Counted from the stretch's first letter, positions 10,452 to 23,793 are shown. The stretch: 64,000 nucleotides of DNA from Patescibacteria group bacterium (GCA_018895015.1 JAHIOX010000015.1:11533-75532); one strand, 5' to 3'. The notes: generated by a model not told the origin, from the letters alone. A program made the numbers and translations.

Positions 10452-11375
10452 TCAACCCAATCCGTAAAAATAGCTTGCCAGACCAATCCACAAAATTCCA
10501 AAAATGATAAAACATGTGGCAATAATTTTACCAGCCAAAATCTTTCCGCTAGACCTCTCTTCCAACAAAAACCATGCGCAGAAAAAAATAACAATGTATT
10601 TTAAACTTTGAGTGGCGTCAACCATTGCCGGGTGCGCCAGCCAAACGGCAAAATAAACAAGAACCGACCCGACGCCCGCGTACAACCTGTTGGCAAAATA
10701 AAGAAAATGATGTTTAACTTTTGTCTGGCGGCTGGAAGAAAAAATTCTTTTTCTTAAATTTTTGCGGAGCAAAAACAAAAAAACAAAAAGCGCCCCGCCA
10801 AGCTTAATCCACGCAAAACCGGCGACAAAAGGCGCTGTTTGAAAAACAATTTTAGACAAAACATTTGATAAGCCCAAAAACAAAGCCGACGCGACGACAA
10901 AAAGAAAAAACAAAAATCTAAGCTCTTTTTTCTCAACAAAAAATAAAACTATTCCGCCTAAAACAAGGAATAAAAAAGCTGGCAATTCGCCAAAGCCAAG
11001 CGAAGAGCCAAGAAACAAATAACTGAAAAACAAAGTAAAAATCGGCGAAAACCCGCCGATAACCGGAAGCGCGCTTGACGCGTCTGAATAATCAAGGGCG
11101 TAAAACAGAAAAAGCATAGCCAGAACAAACAACGCGCCGGCGATAACGGCGGTTATAATTGTGTTTAATGGAAGAATTGTGAACCCAACCAAAAAGAAAT
11201 TTCCTGGCTGGGCAAGCCCAAATGGCAAAATGACTAACGCGAAAACGCCGAGCAACCCCAGCCAGAAAGTGTAAACAAGCGGGTCAAAAAACTTTCGCTT
11301 AAGAAGAAGCTTGTCAAAAACCGCCGAAGTCCCCAACACTACCTGCGCCAAAACGGCAATCAAAAGCCAGTTCAT
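10452..11375 (-). CDS. Polytopic membrane protein, EamA/DMT-like transporter
   Basis: About 10 predicted TM helices in two repeated halves. No other motifs. Confidence 0.4.
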   Translation of the reverse strand: MNWLLIAVLAQVVLGTSAVFDKLLLKRKFFDPLVYTFWLGLLGVFALVILPFGLAQPGNFFLVGFTILPLNTIITAVIAGALFVLAMLFLFYALDYSDASSALPVIGGFSPIFTLFFSYLFLGSSLGFGELPAFLFLVLGGIVLFFVEKKELRFLFFLFVVASALFLGLSNVLSKIVFQTAPFVAGFAWIKLGGALFVFLFLLRKNLRKRIFSSSRQTKVKHHFLYFANRLYAGVGSVLVYFAVWLAHPAMVDATQSLKYIVIFFCAWFLLEERSSGKILAGKIIATCFIIFGILWIGLASYFYGLG

Positions 11376-11416
11376 TTAATAAAATTTTAACATTTTTGCG
11401 TTAAAAATAAAAAGCC

Positions 11417-11439
11417 GGGTCAGGAGCAACTCCTGGCCC
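11417..11439 (-). terminator. Rho-independent terminator-like hairpin downstream of the lipoprotein gene
   Basis: gggtcaggag caa ctcctggccc (10-bp stem with one G-U pair), followed on the minus strand by a T-run. Confidence 0.5.
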
Positions 11440-11448
11440 AGCAAACAC

Positions 11449-11916
11449 TTAAAAACGTGTTACGCTCTCTGCTATCTCCATAAACTTCGGGTCATCAATA
11501 TCAACTCTACCTACCTTTTTTATTCCACGACTTGCTACGTCTATGTAGTAAATCAAACGTCCGTCAAAATTGCACAGATTCAACTCTCCGTTTATTATTA
11601 CTTTGTCTCCAATCCTCAATCCTGAGGCTACTCCGATCGACGAAATCACTTGTATTGTCTCAAATTTTTTACCGCTATTATTATCGTCGAACGGCAAAAT
11701 TCCAATAAAAACATCTGCGTATAACGCAGTTAAACCTAATACAGATTGGTATGCCCGTGTCATCAAAACAACACCATCAGTAAAAACGAATTTTTTTGCA
11801 AGATATTTTTGCGGATTTTTTGAAACCTCCTGCAATGAAACTTGCTCGTCCGCGCCGGGAAACAATGAACACCCAACCAACAATAAAATCATTGCTATAA
11901 TCACTGATTTTCTCAT
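11449..11916 (-). CDS. Lipoprotein (hypothetical)
   Basis: Signal peptide with lipobox LLVGCS. Start trimmed to MRKSVIIAMILLLVGCS. Confidence 0.45.
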   Translation of the reverse strand: MRKSVIIAMILLLVGCSLFPGADEQVSLQEVSKNPQKYLAKKFVFTDGVVLMTRAYQSVLGLTALYADVFIGILPFDDNNSGKKFETIQVISSIGVASGLRIGDKVIINGELNLCNFDGRLIYYIDVASRGIKKVGRVDIDDPKFMEIAESVTRF

Positions 11917-12040
11917 GACATCCACCCCCCATTTCATCTAGTTTTTAAATTTCTATTTTGTAGTAAATTATAACATGGCTCTATTACTTTTGCAAGCCCT
12001 TGCTATTCATGGACGCCAATCCGGATTTTGCGCTCCATTG

Positions 12041-12604
12041 TTATACGATATAAATAATCAATATAATTATAGACATTAAAAAAACTAAAAACTCAGCAAC
12101 TGCGATTGGGTGCCATTTATAATAAATATTTTTTACCCAATCAGCGTCTCCGTGCTCTTTTACATAATTAGGCAATTCTTTTTCGCTAAAAGAAAAAATA
12201 AATTTTCTAAGACCTTTTTTGATTTTTTTAGAATAAAGATAAAAAAACGCATAATTATTCCTTGAAAATGGGTAAAGCCATTTTATTCCCCATCCAATTC
12301 CAATGCTGTCATGAACAAAATGCAAAAATGACGCCACAAGAAAAAGTAGCGACCAAGCTTTTCCAAATATCAACCAAATAATACTTGCGCCTATGGGCAA
12401 GTATATTAATGGATAATGAATTATATCTCTATGTTTATAATCTTCTTTGGTATCGCCTCGTTTTGAATAAAAAAACAAAAAATCTGCATCAGGCAACAAA
12501 GTAAAAATGATTGCAAAAAGAAACACCCAAAAATCAGGATTGATGTGAAAAATCCAACTTATAAAAATTACCGAAAAAATACCTAATGCAATATCTAAAA
12601 ACAT
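12041..12604 (-). CDS. Integral membrane protein, possibly membrane-bound metal-dependent hydrolase-like (hypothetical)
   Basis: Multiple TM helices, His/Asp-rich short loops. Weak assignment. Confidence 0.3.
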   Translation of the reverse strand: MFLDIALGIFSVIFISWIFHINPDFWVFLFAIIFTLLPDADFLFFYSKRGDTKEDYKHRDIIHYPLIYLPIGASIIWLIFGKAWSLLFLVASFLHFVHDSIGIGWGIKWLYPFSRNNYAFFYLYSKKIKKGLRKFIFSFSEKELPNYVKEHGDADWVKNIYYKWHPIAVAEFLVFLMSIIILIIYIV

Positions 12605-13341
12605 TTTTTTATTTTTTTATAACTAAAACCGACTTTAAAATTAACAAGATATGCTCCAATAAAATAGTTATAAATAATTCTAACTAGAAAAGCGATCTTA
12701 TTTTTTATTTTATCTTTTCGAGACAATTTGTTTGTCTTTGTAGCATAAGTTATAGAATCTATAAATTTAATATTTTTAAAAAAATTTGATTTATATAAAT
12801 ATTTTTCTACTACCCTTCTTGGACCTGGAAATCCTAAAATTCTTTTACAAGCAATTTCTGGTAATCCAAATGTATCATGAAAAGCCATTATCCCGCCATC
12901 AATTAAATGCGGAAACCATGACTTAAAATCAATCTCTACGAATTCATATTCATGGGCGCCATCTATAAAAATAAAACCAACCGGCTTATCCCATTCACTT
13001 GCCGCCTCCTCTGAAGTTTTAACAACGGGATTTATTACTTCTCCCACTTGCGCCTTTTTAATATTTTTTTTAAATTCATCAAAAGTCCATACTTGGCCAT
13101 ACATTGTTTGATGTTCAGAACTGCCAGCGTGAGGATCAATCGCATAAACCGGAGTTTTATTGCCGACCAATGAACCGCCGGCAAGCCAAATTGTAGATTT
13201 TCCCTTCCAAGAGCCAATTTCTACAATAACGCCCTTCTTGCACTTTTTAGCATATTCATATAAAAATCTGCCTTCTTTATTTGTAAGCCAGCCTTCTGTA
13301 TTTTTAGCAAAATTAGATATTGTTTTTATATTATTATCCAT
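12595..13341 (-). CDS. Class I SAM-dependent methyltransferase (O-methyltransferase family 3-like)
   Basis: Rossmann SAM motif VVEIGSWKGKSTIWLA, acidic residue after strand 2 (AIDPH), FIFIDGAH motif. Confidence 0.6.
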   Translation of the reverse strand: MDNNIKTISNFAKNTEGWLTNKEGRFLYEYAKKCKKGVIVEIGSWKGKSTIWLAGGSLVGNKTPVYAIDPHAGSSEHQTMYGQVWTFDEFKKNIKKAQVGEVINPVVKTSEEAASEWDKPVGFIFIDGAHEYEFVEIDFKSWFPHLIDGGIMAFHDTFGLPEIACKRILGFPGPRRVVEKYLYKSNFFKNIKFIDSITYATKTNKLSRKDKIKNKIAFLVRIIYNYFIGAYLVNFKVGFSYKKIKKCF

Positions 13342-13353
13342 GTAATTTAATTT

Positions 13354-14625
13354 TTATATTTCTAATTTATTATTTTTGCAAATTTTAGCGTATTCATATG
13401 CGCTAGGACGAATTTTGCGTTCTTGAGTTTTAAAATCCACCTCAACCAAACCGAATCTCGGCCAAAATCCGCGAATTTCAACAAACTCAAAATTATCTAT
13501 TAATGACCAATGGAAATATCCTTTTACGTCTACCCCGTCTTTTATTGCCTTATGCACCCAGTACAAATGCTCTTTTATAAATTTTTCTCTTTTTTCGTCT
13601 TTGGCATCAGCCAATCCATTTTCAGTGATATAAATCGGCTTGTTATATTTTTGCAAATTCTTAAGAAAATGGTAAATTCCTTCTGGATATATTTTCCAGC
13701 CTAAATCGGTTCGTTCTCCGCCAGTATCAAGATTATTTTCAATTATTCCTAAAAAATTTCCCCCTAACCTAAATCCCATTTCTATTGAACGATAATATTG
13801 AAACGCGACATAATCAATATTTTTTTTAATTTTTTTAAAAAAACCGCCTTCTAAATAACTGATAATTTTTGCCAAAATTTTATTGTATATTTTATTTTTG
13901 TAAGGAATAAAAAAGTTTGCCGAATTTCCAACACCAACCAACGCAGAATCGGAAATTGAATGTATAGCGTTATAAGCCGATTTCTGCGCTTTGATAAGAT
14001 TCGCCCTTGTTCTCGCCGCCTTAAAAATACTTTTGTTTCCCGGAGGCTGAGTTCCCTTGATTGTTCCTAAAGAAGTATAAACCGCCGGCTCGTTCAGCGT
14101 TATCCAAAATTTTACATCGCTGAAAGATGCTACGATTTTGCTTACATAACGTTCAAAATATTTTGGAGCATTTTTGTTTAACCAGCCGCCTTTCTCCGCA
14201 AGCCATATCGGCAAAGTCCAATGCCAAAGCGTTACAAACGGCTCAAGTCCGCGCGCGCGAAGAGCTTTTATAACTTTTCTATAATGCTCAATTTCTTTTT
14301 CGTCAAACTTCCCTTCTTCCGGCTCAATGCGACTCCACTCTATGGAAAAACGGTGCGCGTTGTGGCCTAGCGATTTCGCAATGCCAAAATCTTCTTCATA
14401 ACGATTGTAATGGTCGCATGCCCGACCGGAAATATAATTTTCCGGCTCAAACATTTCCGGGAATTTCTTTTTTTGCCAATCCTGCCAATGAGTTTGCGCT
14501 TCTTTTGCCAGCCGAGCGCTGTTCGCATGCTCCCATTCGCTCCAATCATTATAATTATTCCCTTCAACTTGATGCGCCGAAGTCGCCGCTCCCCAATAAA
14601 ATCCTTTTGGAAATTCGTATTTCAT
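13354..14625 (-). CDS. Glycoside hydrolase family 1 beta-glucosidase
   Basis: GH1 N-terminal signature FYWGAATSAHQVEG, acid/base TLNEP, nucleophile YITENG. Confidence 0.85.
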   Translation of the reverse strand: MKYEFPKGFYWGAATSAHQVEGNNYNDWSEWEHANSARLAKEAQTHWQDWQKKKFPEMFEPENYISGRACDHYNRYEEDFGIAKSLGHNAHRFSIEWSRIEPEEGKFDEKEIEHYRKVIKALRARGLEPFVTLWHWTLPIWLAEKGGWLNKNAPKYFERYVSKIVASFSDVKFWITLNEPAVYTSLGTIKGTQPPGNKSIFKAARTRANLIKAQKSAYNAIHSISDSALVGVGNSANFFIPYKNKIYNKILAKIISYLEGGFFKKIKKNIDYVAFQYYRSIEMGFRLGGNFLGIIENNLDTGGERTDLGWKIYPEGIYHFLKNLQKYNKPIYITENGLADAKDEKREKFIKEHLYWVHKAIKDGVDVKGYFHWSLIDNFEFVEIRGFWPRFGLVEVDFKTQERKIRPSAYEYAKICKNNKLEI

Positions 14626-15470
14626 TTATTTAATAAAAGTAAATTTTTAAAAATCATTGCCACTGTTATAGGCCCGATTCCGCCCGGCACCGGCGTAAAA
14701 ATAGATGCTTTTTCAGCGACCTCCGGAGCAACATCGCCGACTATACTTGTACTTGGAAATCCAGTTTCCAAATGGAAACTGGATTTCCAGTAACTTGTTC
14801 CCGCGTCTATTATTATAACTCCCTCCTTCACTATTTCTGGCGTTATCAAATCCGGTTTTCCAACTCCTGAAATTATTATGTCCGCCTCTTTTGTAAATTT
14901 TGTGATATCCGAGGTAGCGCTGTTTAAGACTGAAACCGCAGCGCCTCGGTTGATAAGCCAAATCGCAACGGGCTTGCCAACCAAAATTCCACGTCCGATT
15001 ACAACCGCATGCTTCCCATTCAAATCAACTCCGACTTTATCCAAAATAATTTTTGTGGCGCCAACAACCGGCGGAAGAATTTTACTCCTATCCGTAGAAA
15101 AATCTCCAAACGCGCGCGAGGACAAAACATCAACGTCTTTTTTAAGAACAATCCCATTCAAAACATATTGGGTATTTATTTGCTTTGGAAGCGGAAGCTG
15201 AAGAATTACGCCTGAATTTTCCTTAATATGGCTAATTCCAGCCATATTTTGGCGAAGTTTATTCGTTGAAATATCAGCCGGCAGATTATAAACTTTAGTT
15301 TTTACGCCGATTTCCTCGGCAAATTTCACTTTTCTTTCAATAAATTTTTTTGAAACAGGGTCGTCACCCGCCTGAACAATTGCAAGTTTAAGTTTTTTGT
15401 CAGTTTTTGAAATCTCCTGTTTTAGAAACTCCTTAATCTCCTCCGCAATTTTTCTGCCGTCAATAATCAT
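14622..15470 (-). CDS. folD: Bifunctional methylenetetrahydrofolate dehydrogenase/cyclohydrolase
   Basis: FolD motifs (...GDDPVS..., VVIGRGILVGKP, TPVPGGIGPITVAM). Contains the type A palindrome at 14752-14790, encoding WKSSFHLETGFPSTS. Confidence 0.85.
   Translation of the reverse strand: MIIDGRKIAEEIKEFLKQEISKTDKKLKLAIVQAGDDPVSKKFIERKVKFAEEIGVKTKVYNLPADISTNKLRQNMAGISHIKENSGVILQLPLPKQINTQYVLNGIVLKKDVDVLSSRAFGDFSTDRSKILPPVVGATKIILDKVGVDLNGKHAVVIGRGILVGKPVAIWLINRGAAVSVLNSATSDITKFTKEADIIISGVGKPDLITPEIVKEGVIIIDAGTSYWKSSFHLETGFPSTSIVGDVAPEVAEKASIFTPVPGGIGPITVAMIFKNLLLLNK
14752..14790. repeat. In-frame intragenic palindromic element, type A (short form)
   Basis: cttggaaatccagtttcc aaat ggaaactggatttccag. 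Perfect 15-bp arms ggaaatccagtttcc / ggaaactggatttcc. Confidence 0.8.
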
Positions 15471-15484
15471 AATATTAGTTTAAA

Positions 15485-16696
15485 TTATTTAAGTGTTTTA
15501 TCAATCTTCTCCGCGATCTTTATCATATCTTTTTCTTTCATTCCCAATGTAGTTACTGCCGGCGTTCCAATGCGAATGCCTGACGGGCCTGCCGGCCTGC
15601 GCGTATCAAACGGAATCATATTTTTATTCACGATAATTCCCGCTCTTTCCAGTTTATCGCTCGCCTCTTTTCCGCTTATTCCGCGCGACCATGTATCAAC
15701 CAAAAATAAATGCGTGTCAGTTCCGCCGGAAACAATTCTCCACCCGCGTTTTTTTAATTCGTTTGCCAAAACTTGCGCGTTTTTCACTACTTGGTTAGCG
15801 TATATTTTAAAACTTGGCGACATCGCTTCTTTAAGGCAAACGGCAATAGCGGCGATTTGATTTATGTGCGGCCCGCCCTGCAATCCCGGAAAAACCGCCC
15901 GGTCAATTAGGACATCCAGTGTCCACTTGGACACTGGATGTCCAAGTGGTTTAATTTTGCGAGAAAAAATCATTGCTCCACGAGGACCGCGAAGAATTTT
16001 GTGCGTGGTGGTCATTACGACATCCGCGTACGGGAATGGAGATGGATGCTCTCCGCCGGCCACAAGGCCGGCAATATGCGACATATCAACCATCAAATAA
16101 GCGCCGGCCGCGTCGGCTATTTTTCTAAATTTTCTAAAATCAATTTTACGAGAATAGGCGGTAGCGCCGACAACAACCATCGCAGGTTTTTCTTTTTTAG
16201 CTATTTTAAAAATTTCTTCATAATCAAGCCTTTCGGTTTTTTTACTGACTCCGTAAGGAACTTGTTCCCAAAATTTTCCTGTCATGGAAACTTTCTGGCC
16301 ATGAGTCAAATGCCCGCCCATCTCAAGCGACATACCCATAATCTTACTGCCGATTGGAACAAGCGCCGAATAAATCGCCAGATTTGCCGGCGAGCCGGAA
16401 TACGGCTGGACATTAACATGCCACCTCGACTTCGCTCTGTGCAAGCATTTTTTATTACAAAGCTTAAACAGTTTCAACGCGCGATTTTTGCAAAGCTCTT
16501 CTATTTCATCAACTATTTCATTTCCGCCATAATATCTTTTGCCAGGATATCCCTCCGCGTATTTATTAGTAAAAACCGAGCCGAGCGCGCGCAAAACATC
16601 CCCGGAAACATAATTCTCCGAAGCAATCAAATTAACGGCCTTTTTCTGCCGCTTTTCTTCAAGCTTAATTAATCGCTCTATTTCAGAATCTGTCAT
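15485..16696 (-). CDS. glyA: Serine hydroxymethyltransferase
   Basis: SHMT motifs (HLTHGQ, VVMTTTHKILRGPRGAMIF, pyridoxal-phosphate lysine region). Contains the type B palindrome, encoding KPLGHPVSKWTLDV. Confidence 0.9.
   Translation of the reverse strand: MTDSEIERLIKLEEKRQKKAVNLIASENYVSGDVLRALGSVFTNKYAEGYPGKRYYGGNEIVDEIEELCKNRALKLFKLCNKKCLHRAKSRWHVNVQPYSGSPANLAIYSALVPIGSKIMGMSLEMGGHLTHGQKVSMTGKFWEQVPYGVSKKTERLDYEEIFKIAKKEKPAMVVVGATAYSRKIDFRKFRKIADAAGAYLMVDMSHIAGLVAGGEHPSPFPYADVVMTTTHKILRGPRGAMIFSRKIKPLGHPVSKWTLDVLIDRAVFPGLQGGPHINQIAAIAVCLKEAMSPSFKIYANQVVKNAQVLANELKKRGWRIVSGGTDTHLFLVDTWSRGISGKEASDKLERAGIIVNKNMIPFDTRRPAGPSGIRIGTPAVTTLGMKEKDMIKIAEKIDKTLK
15908..15949. repeat. In-frame intragenic palindromic element, type B
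   Basis: ggacatccagtgtcca ct tggacactggatgtcc aagtgg. Perfect 16-bp arms. Core differs from type A by paired a>c and t>g changes. Confidence 0.8.
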
Positions 16697-16735
16697 TCTT
16701 TAATCTTAACGGCTTAAAATATTTTTTCAACCAAA

Positions 16736-17878
16736 TTACTTTGGCCCGAGAAATTCCGCTCCAATATCATCGCGATGGACATGATGCGAATAACGCCGCA
16801 TGCCCATAAGCATGCCGAGCCCGGCGTAGACAACAAGCATATGCGTTCCGCCGTAACTCATGAAAGACAGATTGACGCCGGTGATCGGCATCAAGCCGAT
16901 ATTCATTCCGACGTTAACTATAAAATGCGCCATTATTAATATCGCCAATCCGATGCCGAATAAGACTTCAAAATTACTTTCGCCCATAAAAGCGTTTCTT
17001 AAAATTCTCCAAACAACTATCCCGTAAAATAAAAAAATAAAAAAGACGCCAACAAGCCCCCACTCTTCGGCAAAAGAAGCAAAAATAAAATCAGTCTCAT
17101 GTTCAGGCAAAAAACCCAGCCTGCTTTGGCTGCCGTAACCGATCCCCTTGCCGAAAATTTGACCGGAACCCACCGCGATCATTGACTGAAGCGCGTTGTA
17201 TCCTGCCCCACGCGCATCCTTTAATGGATTAAAAAATGTAACGACTCGCGCCTTCTGATATGGCTCAAGCACAAAAAACCAAGAGACGCTGAATAAAATC
17301 GCGACTAAAATAAAAACGAGCAAAAGATGTTTTTTGCTGACGCCGGAAACCATTATCATGCCAAGCCAAATAATAGAAATAATCAAAGCCGAGCCAAAAT
17401 CCGGCTGCAAAAAACACAAAAAGGCTGGGATGGCGACATAAATGCCGGAAATAATTATATGGCGGATATGAGCAATTTCTATATGGCGCCGCGAAAAATA
17501 TTTTGCCAAAACCAGAATGACAACAAGCTTTATCGGGTCTATCGGCTCTATTGAAAAAAAATATAAATCAAACCAACTGGATGCCCCGCGCACCGCTTTC
17601 CCAAAAATCAAAAGAGACGCGAGAACAAAAACGGAAGCAAAAAAAAGCAAAAGCAAAATTTCGCCCTTGCGTAAAAACCGCCAGTCAATAAAGCTAAAAA
17701 TAAAAAAGATGCCGAAACTGACAACAACCCAAATAATCTGTCGGCTAAAAAAATAATCTCCGCCAGCCAGCGGATTCCCGGCTCCTAAAGCGCGCATTGT
17801 AATCAAGCCGGAAAAAACAATAGGCAAAGTAGCAAAAAAAAGGATCCAGTCTATCTTTAAATTCCTTGCAATCTTCAT
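16736..17878 (-). CDS. ftsW: SEDS-family peptidoglycan glycosyltransferase FtsW/RodA
   Basis: 10-TM SEDS topology with conserved C-terminal motifs (GYGSQS..., LPEHETDFIFA, GMNIGLMPITGVNLSFMSYGGTHML). Confidence 0.8.
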   Translation of the reverse strand: MKIARNLKIDWILFFATLPIVFSGLITMRALGAGNPLAGGDYFFSRQIIWVVVSFGIFFIFSFIDWRFLRKGEILLLLFFASVFVLASLLIFGKAVRGASSWFDLYFFSIEPIDPIKLVVILVLAKYFSRRHIEIAHIRHIIISGIYVAIPAFLCFLQPDFGSALIISIIWLGMIMVSGVSKKHLLLVFILVAILFSVSWFFVLEPYQKARVVTFFNPLKDARGAGYNALQSMIAVGSGQIFGKGIGYGSQSRLGFLPEHETDFIFASFAEEWGLVGVFFIFLFYGIVVWRILRNAFMGESNFEVLFGIGLAILIMAHFIVNVGMNIGLMPITGVNLSFMSYGGTHMLVVYAGLGMLMGMRRYSHHVHRDDIGAEFLGPK

Positions 17879-17892
17879 GCTTTTTTAAATTT

Positions 17893-18651
17893 TTAGATAC
17901 CGAATCCGGTTCTGAAAAATACATCGTTTGACAAAAGTTCCTCAACAAATGGCTGAGGCCAAGTAAATACCACGGACTTGGAACCTCCAGCGGCAACAAT
18001 GTCTATTCTGGAAGAACTTGCCCCCTTAACATTATTATCCTTGTCGTAAAGAACGGCTACGGCATAAATATCTTTTGCCGGCAAAGCGGATTTATTGTCT
18101 ATAACAATGTAAAGCCGCGGAGACGGATCATTAACAAACTCTTTTTTTGAAACCACGAGCTGCATTTTTTCTTTTTCAACAATTTCCCATTTAAAATCAT
18201 TTTTAAACTCAATAAAAGCGCGCTCCGGAACGCGATTGCCGGTGTCTATGTCAGTTTCAAAAATCGGGAAAGCCTCTCCAGAATTGATAAAAGTTTCTCC
18301 GTCTCTAACGGCAATCAACACATTATTTTTATCATAAAGCTTAAGCTGATAGCTGATGGAAGGAATTGCGAGGCGCAGATTCGGATTATCAACCAGCGCG
18401 ATAGCTTCGTATAAATTTTCATCTATTTTAAAAACATTTGCCCATGGGACAATTAAATTTTTTATATCGCCCTTGCATTGATTTTGGCATGGCCCGCCGC
18501 AATCAATCCCCTGTTCATTCTGATTTTGTTTATTATCAAAACAGGTTGGAGCGAATGCCCTGAACGCTAAAAATACTATCATTCCAAAAACAATGACTAA
18601 AAAAAGCGCCAGATATGTCAGTTGTCTTTTTATCGCCCATGGAATATTCAT
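17893..18651 (-). CDS. N-terminally membrane-anchored Cys-rich extracytoplasmic protein (hypothetical)
   Basis: TM helix (LALFLVIVFGMIVFLAF) followed by a CxxGPCQNQC cluster. No recognisable domain. Confidence 0.4.
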   Translation of the reverse strand: MNIPWAIKRQLTYLALFLVIVFGMIVFLAFRAFAPTCFDNKQNQNEQGIDCGGPCQNQCKGDIKNLIVPWANVFKIDENLYEAIALVDNPNLRLAIPSISYQLKLYDKNNVLIAVRDGETFINSGEAFPIFETDIDTGNRVPERAFIEFKNDFKWEIVEKEKMQLVVSKKEFVNDPSPRLYIVIDNKSALPAKDIYAVAVLYDKDNNVKGASSSRIDIVAAGGSKSVVFTWPQPFVEELLSNDVFFRTGFGI

Positions 18652-18687
18652 AACTACATAATACAGAATTTTAAGGAAAAAATAAAA

Positions 18688-18705
18688 CGCGGGAAAAACC
18701 CCGCG
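18688..18705 (-). terminator. Rho-independent terminator after the 5S rRNA
   Basis: cgcggg aaaaac cccgcg hairpin, with a T-run on the minus strand (complement of aaaataaaa at 18680-18687). Confidence 0.55.
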
Positions 18706-18721
18706 CTAAAATTGAATTTTT

Positions 18722-18830
18722 AAGACTGGCGGCTGGCTACTTTCCCCTTGCGAGTATCATCGCTACTACCACCTTTCACTTCCGTGTTCGGAATGGGAAC
18801 GGGTGGGACAATGGCGTCTAGCCACCAGAC
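18722..18830 (-). rRNA. rrf: 5S ribosomal RNA
   Basis: Reverse complement GTCTGGTGGCTAGACGCCATTGTCCCACCCGTTCCCATTCCGAACACGGAAGTGAAAGGTGGTAGTAGCGATGATACTCGCAAGGGGAAAGTAGCCAGCCGCCAGTC. Conserved CCGAACACGGAAG loop. Confidence 0.8.
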
Positions 18831-18869
18831 TAAAAAATTCAATTGTTATTTTTTACGTCATTTTCAGAA

Positions 18870-21958
<3,089 letters not shown>

Positions 21959-22191
21959 TTTCCTATTAGGAAATTAATAATTCTGAAATATAAACGTAAA
22001 AATACTTTAATTACCCATTATGTTTTCAAAGTTCTGGCATTTCTGTCTTTAAAAAATAAAAAATCCGCTTTTAGAAGCGGCTTAATCAAGCAAAAGTAGA
22101 ACAAATGCTACCCTTTTTTACGCTTCCAAAATATTCCTATTTTCTTTCTTATCATATCTTAATTTCATTATATATTCGCAAAACAAAAAGT

Positions 22192-22224
22192 CAACCCCCG
22201 CCTTTTAGTAAAAGGCGGGGGTTG
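22192..22224 (-). terminator. Strong rho-independent terminator (15-bp perfect stem) after the membrane protein gene, upstream of the 23S
   Basis: caacccccgcctttt agt aaaaggcgggggttg with flanking A/T runs on both sides. Probably bidirectional. Confidence 0.6.
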
Positions 22225-22260
22225 CTGACAATCTTTTATTTTACCCTTTAAAACAAAATA

Positions 22261-22947
22261 CTACTTTGATCCAAGATCTCTTTTTAATTTTTCAACATAC
22301 TGCGACGCCGCCTCTTTTCCGCCAAGCCCAAAAGCAAGACCGCCTGCAATCGCGAGCATCGCCACAAATCCCGTGAAAAGGGTTTGGGCAAAAATACCGG
22401 CAATCCCAAGCTGGTAAAGAGCCGCGAGAATCGCAAAAATCCAAATTGACCATTTGGTTATTCCTCCCAAAAGCTGGGTTGAAGGAACACCAGCCGCCTT
22501 AGCCGAACCGACAACAATACGATGCATGGCATTAGCAAGAAAAGCGGCAACAACCAAGATAAGAGCGGCAACAATAACATTAGGAAGATAAGCAAGAACA
22601 ACGTCTTTTAAAAACACATTGACCTGCTGGAGCCCCAGAACATCTATTGAAGCGATTAAAAAAGCGATAATTAAAAACCATCGCACCAAACCGCCAATAA
22701 AAGCCCCTGAATCAAGTCTAAATCCGGCTCTTGCCAAAGGTTCTTCTATCCCTAAAGACTGAAGCGCTTTATCAACTTTAAAGGAACGGATTATTCTGGA
22801 GACTAATTTATCTAAAGTCACAGCAATCACCCAACCTATAATGAAGATTATTATCGCTATAATGAATTTTGGAATAAACATTATTGCTCCTCCCCAAAGT
22901 TGCTGAAAAGAATAAAACAGCACATCACTCCAAGTTTGTAACAACAT
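22261..22947 (-). CDS. Membrane protein with repeated conserved-TM-helix segments (MscS-like N-terminal type; hypothetical)
   Basis: Several TM helices with repeated ...IAGIF... / ...IIAFLIASIDVLGLQ... segments. Confidence 0.35.
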   Translation of the reverse strand: MLLQTWSDVLFYSFQQLWGGAIMFIPKFIIAIIIFIIGWVIAVTLDKLVSRIIRSFKVDKALQSLGIEEPLARAGFRLDSGAFIGGLVRWFLIIAFLIASIDVLGLQQVNVFLKDVVLAYLPNVIVAALILVVAAFLANAMHRIVVGSAKAAGVPSTQLLGGITKWSIWIFAILAALYQLGIAGIFAQTLFTGFVAMLAIAGGLAFGLGGKEAASQYVEKLKRDLGSK

Positions 22948-23074
22948 AAGCTTTATTATTTAAACTATTAATAAAATTACTACGCGTAATAATTTTAAAT
23001 CGACCTGTTTTATACATAATTCAATTATACCAACAATTAAAAAAATTTTAATGGCTTATGTGGATAACCTTGCT

Positions 23075-23146
23075 TGGGCGGTGCAGGAATCGGACCTGCG
23101 CTCTCTGCAATGTGAATGCAGCATTTTACCATTAAACTAACCGCCC
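23075..23146 (-). tRNA. tRNA-Val (anticodon CAC)
   Basis: Reverse complement GGGCGGTTAGTTTAATGGTAAAATGCTGCATTCACATTGCAGAGAGCGCAGGTCCGATTCCTGCACCGCCCA. Anticodon loop TTCACAT. Confidence 0.75.
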
Positions 23147-23773
23147 TTACACGTTTAGCTTATTAATTAGCTTCTCATGCGGATAATCCAGCACGTCGCG
23201 CACAAATTTATCATACATTCCAAACCTGTACAAAAATTCCTTAGTGCTTAAAACAGCGAAAACAAGCTCTTTGCCGATTTCCGCTTCAATGTTTTTTAAC
23301 ACTTTTTGCAAAACCGCCTTTTTTATGGCGTCGCCAACCAAAAACAGGTCTGTTCTGCTGTCTTCGGATTGTATAAAAATTCCTGAAAGAATCGCGAGTT
23401 TCATCCTGCCAACCGAGCTTAACATTTTTATTAATCTCTCATTATCAATAGGCACAGTATCAACAACAAGGCTTTTAAGCGAGCGAAAAAATGGAAAAGA
23501 CATGTTTAATCTTAAGCCGTGAATTTTTTTCCTTATATTTTTTATTTTGCCGTTCTTGAGTTTAATAATGTCATCAATTTTCTCCTCTTTCTGCGTTACA
23601 AAACCCACGCTTTTTAAAAGCAAAATTTCCCGCCGCGCGGATGGCAAAGCCACCCTTGTGCGGCGGGAAATTTCCTTAATATCAAAAAACATATCAGGGT
23701 TTAAGAAAAAAAGCCGTATGATTTTAACTCTCGAGGCAGAGCCGAAGAGCCTTTCTAAAACCCTTTCTTTCAT
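23147..23773 (-). CDS. Winged-helix (ArsR-like HTH) domain protein, hypothetical regulator
   Basis: N-terminal wHTH-like segment (VKIIRLFFLNPDMFFDIKEISRRTRVALPSARREILLLKSVGFV). The stop abuts the tRNA-Val 5' end. Confidence 0.4.
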   Translation of the reverse strand: MKERVLERLFGSASRVKIIRLFFLNPDMFFDIKEISRRTRVALPSARREILLLKSVGFVTQKEEKIDDIIKLKNGKIKNIRKKIHGLRLNMSFPFFRSLKSLVVDTVPIDNERLIKMLSSVGRMKLAILSGIFIQSEDSRTDLFLVGDAIKKAVLQKVLKNIEAEIGKELVFAVLSTKEFLYRFGMYDKFVRDVLDYPHEKLINKLNV

Positions 23774-23793
23774 ATTATTTTATGATATCACAA

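Noticed and set aside
21990-22190. Promoter for the 23S-5S unit
   Set aside because: Only weak -35/-10 candidates (for example TTGAAA-17-AGTATT). None is convincing enough to annotate.
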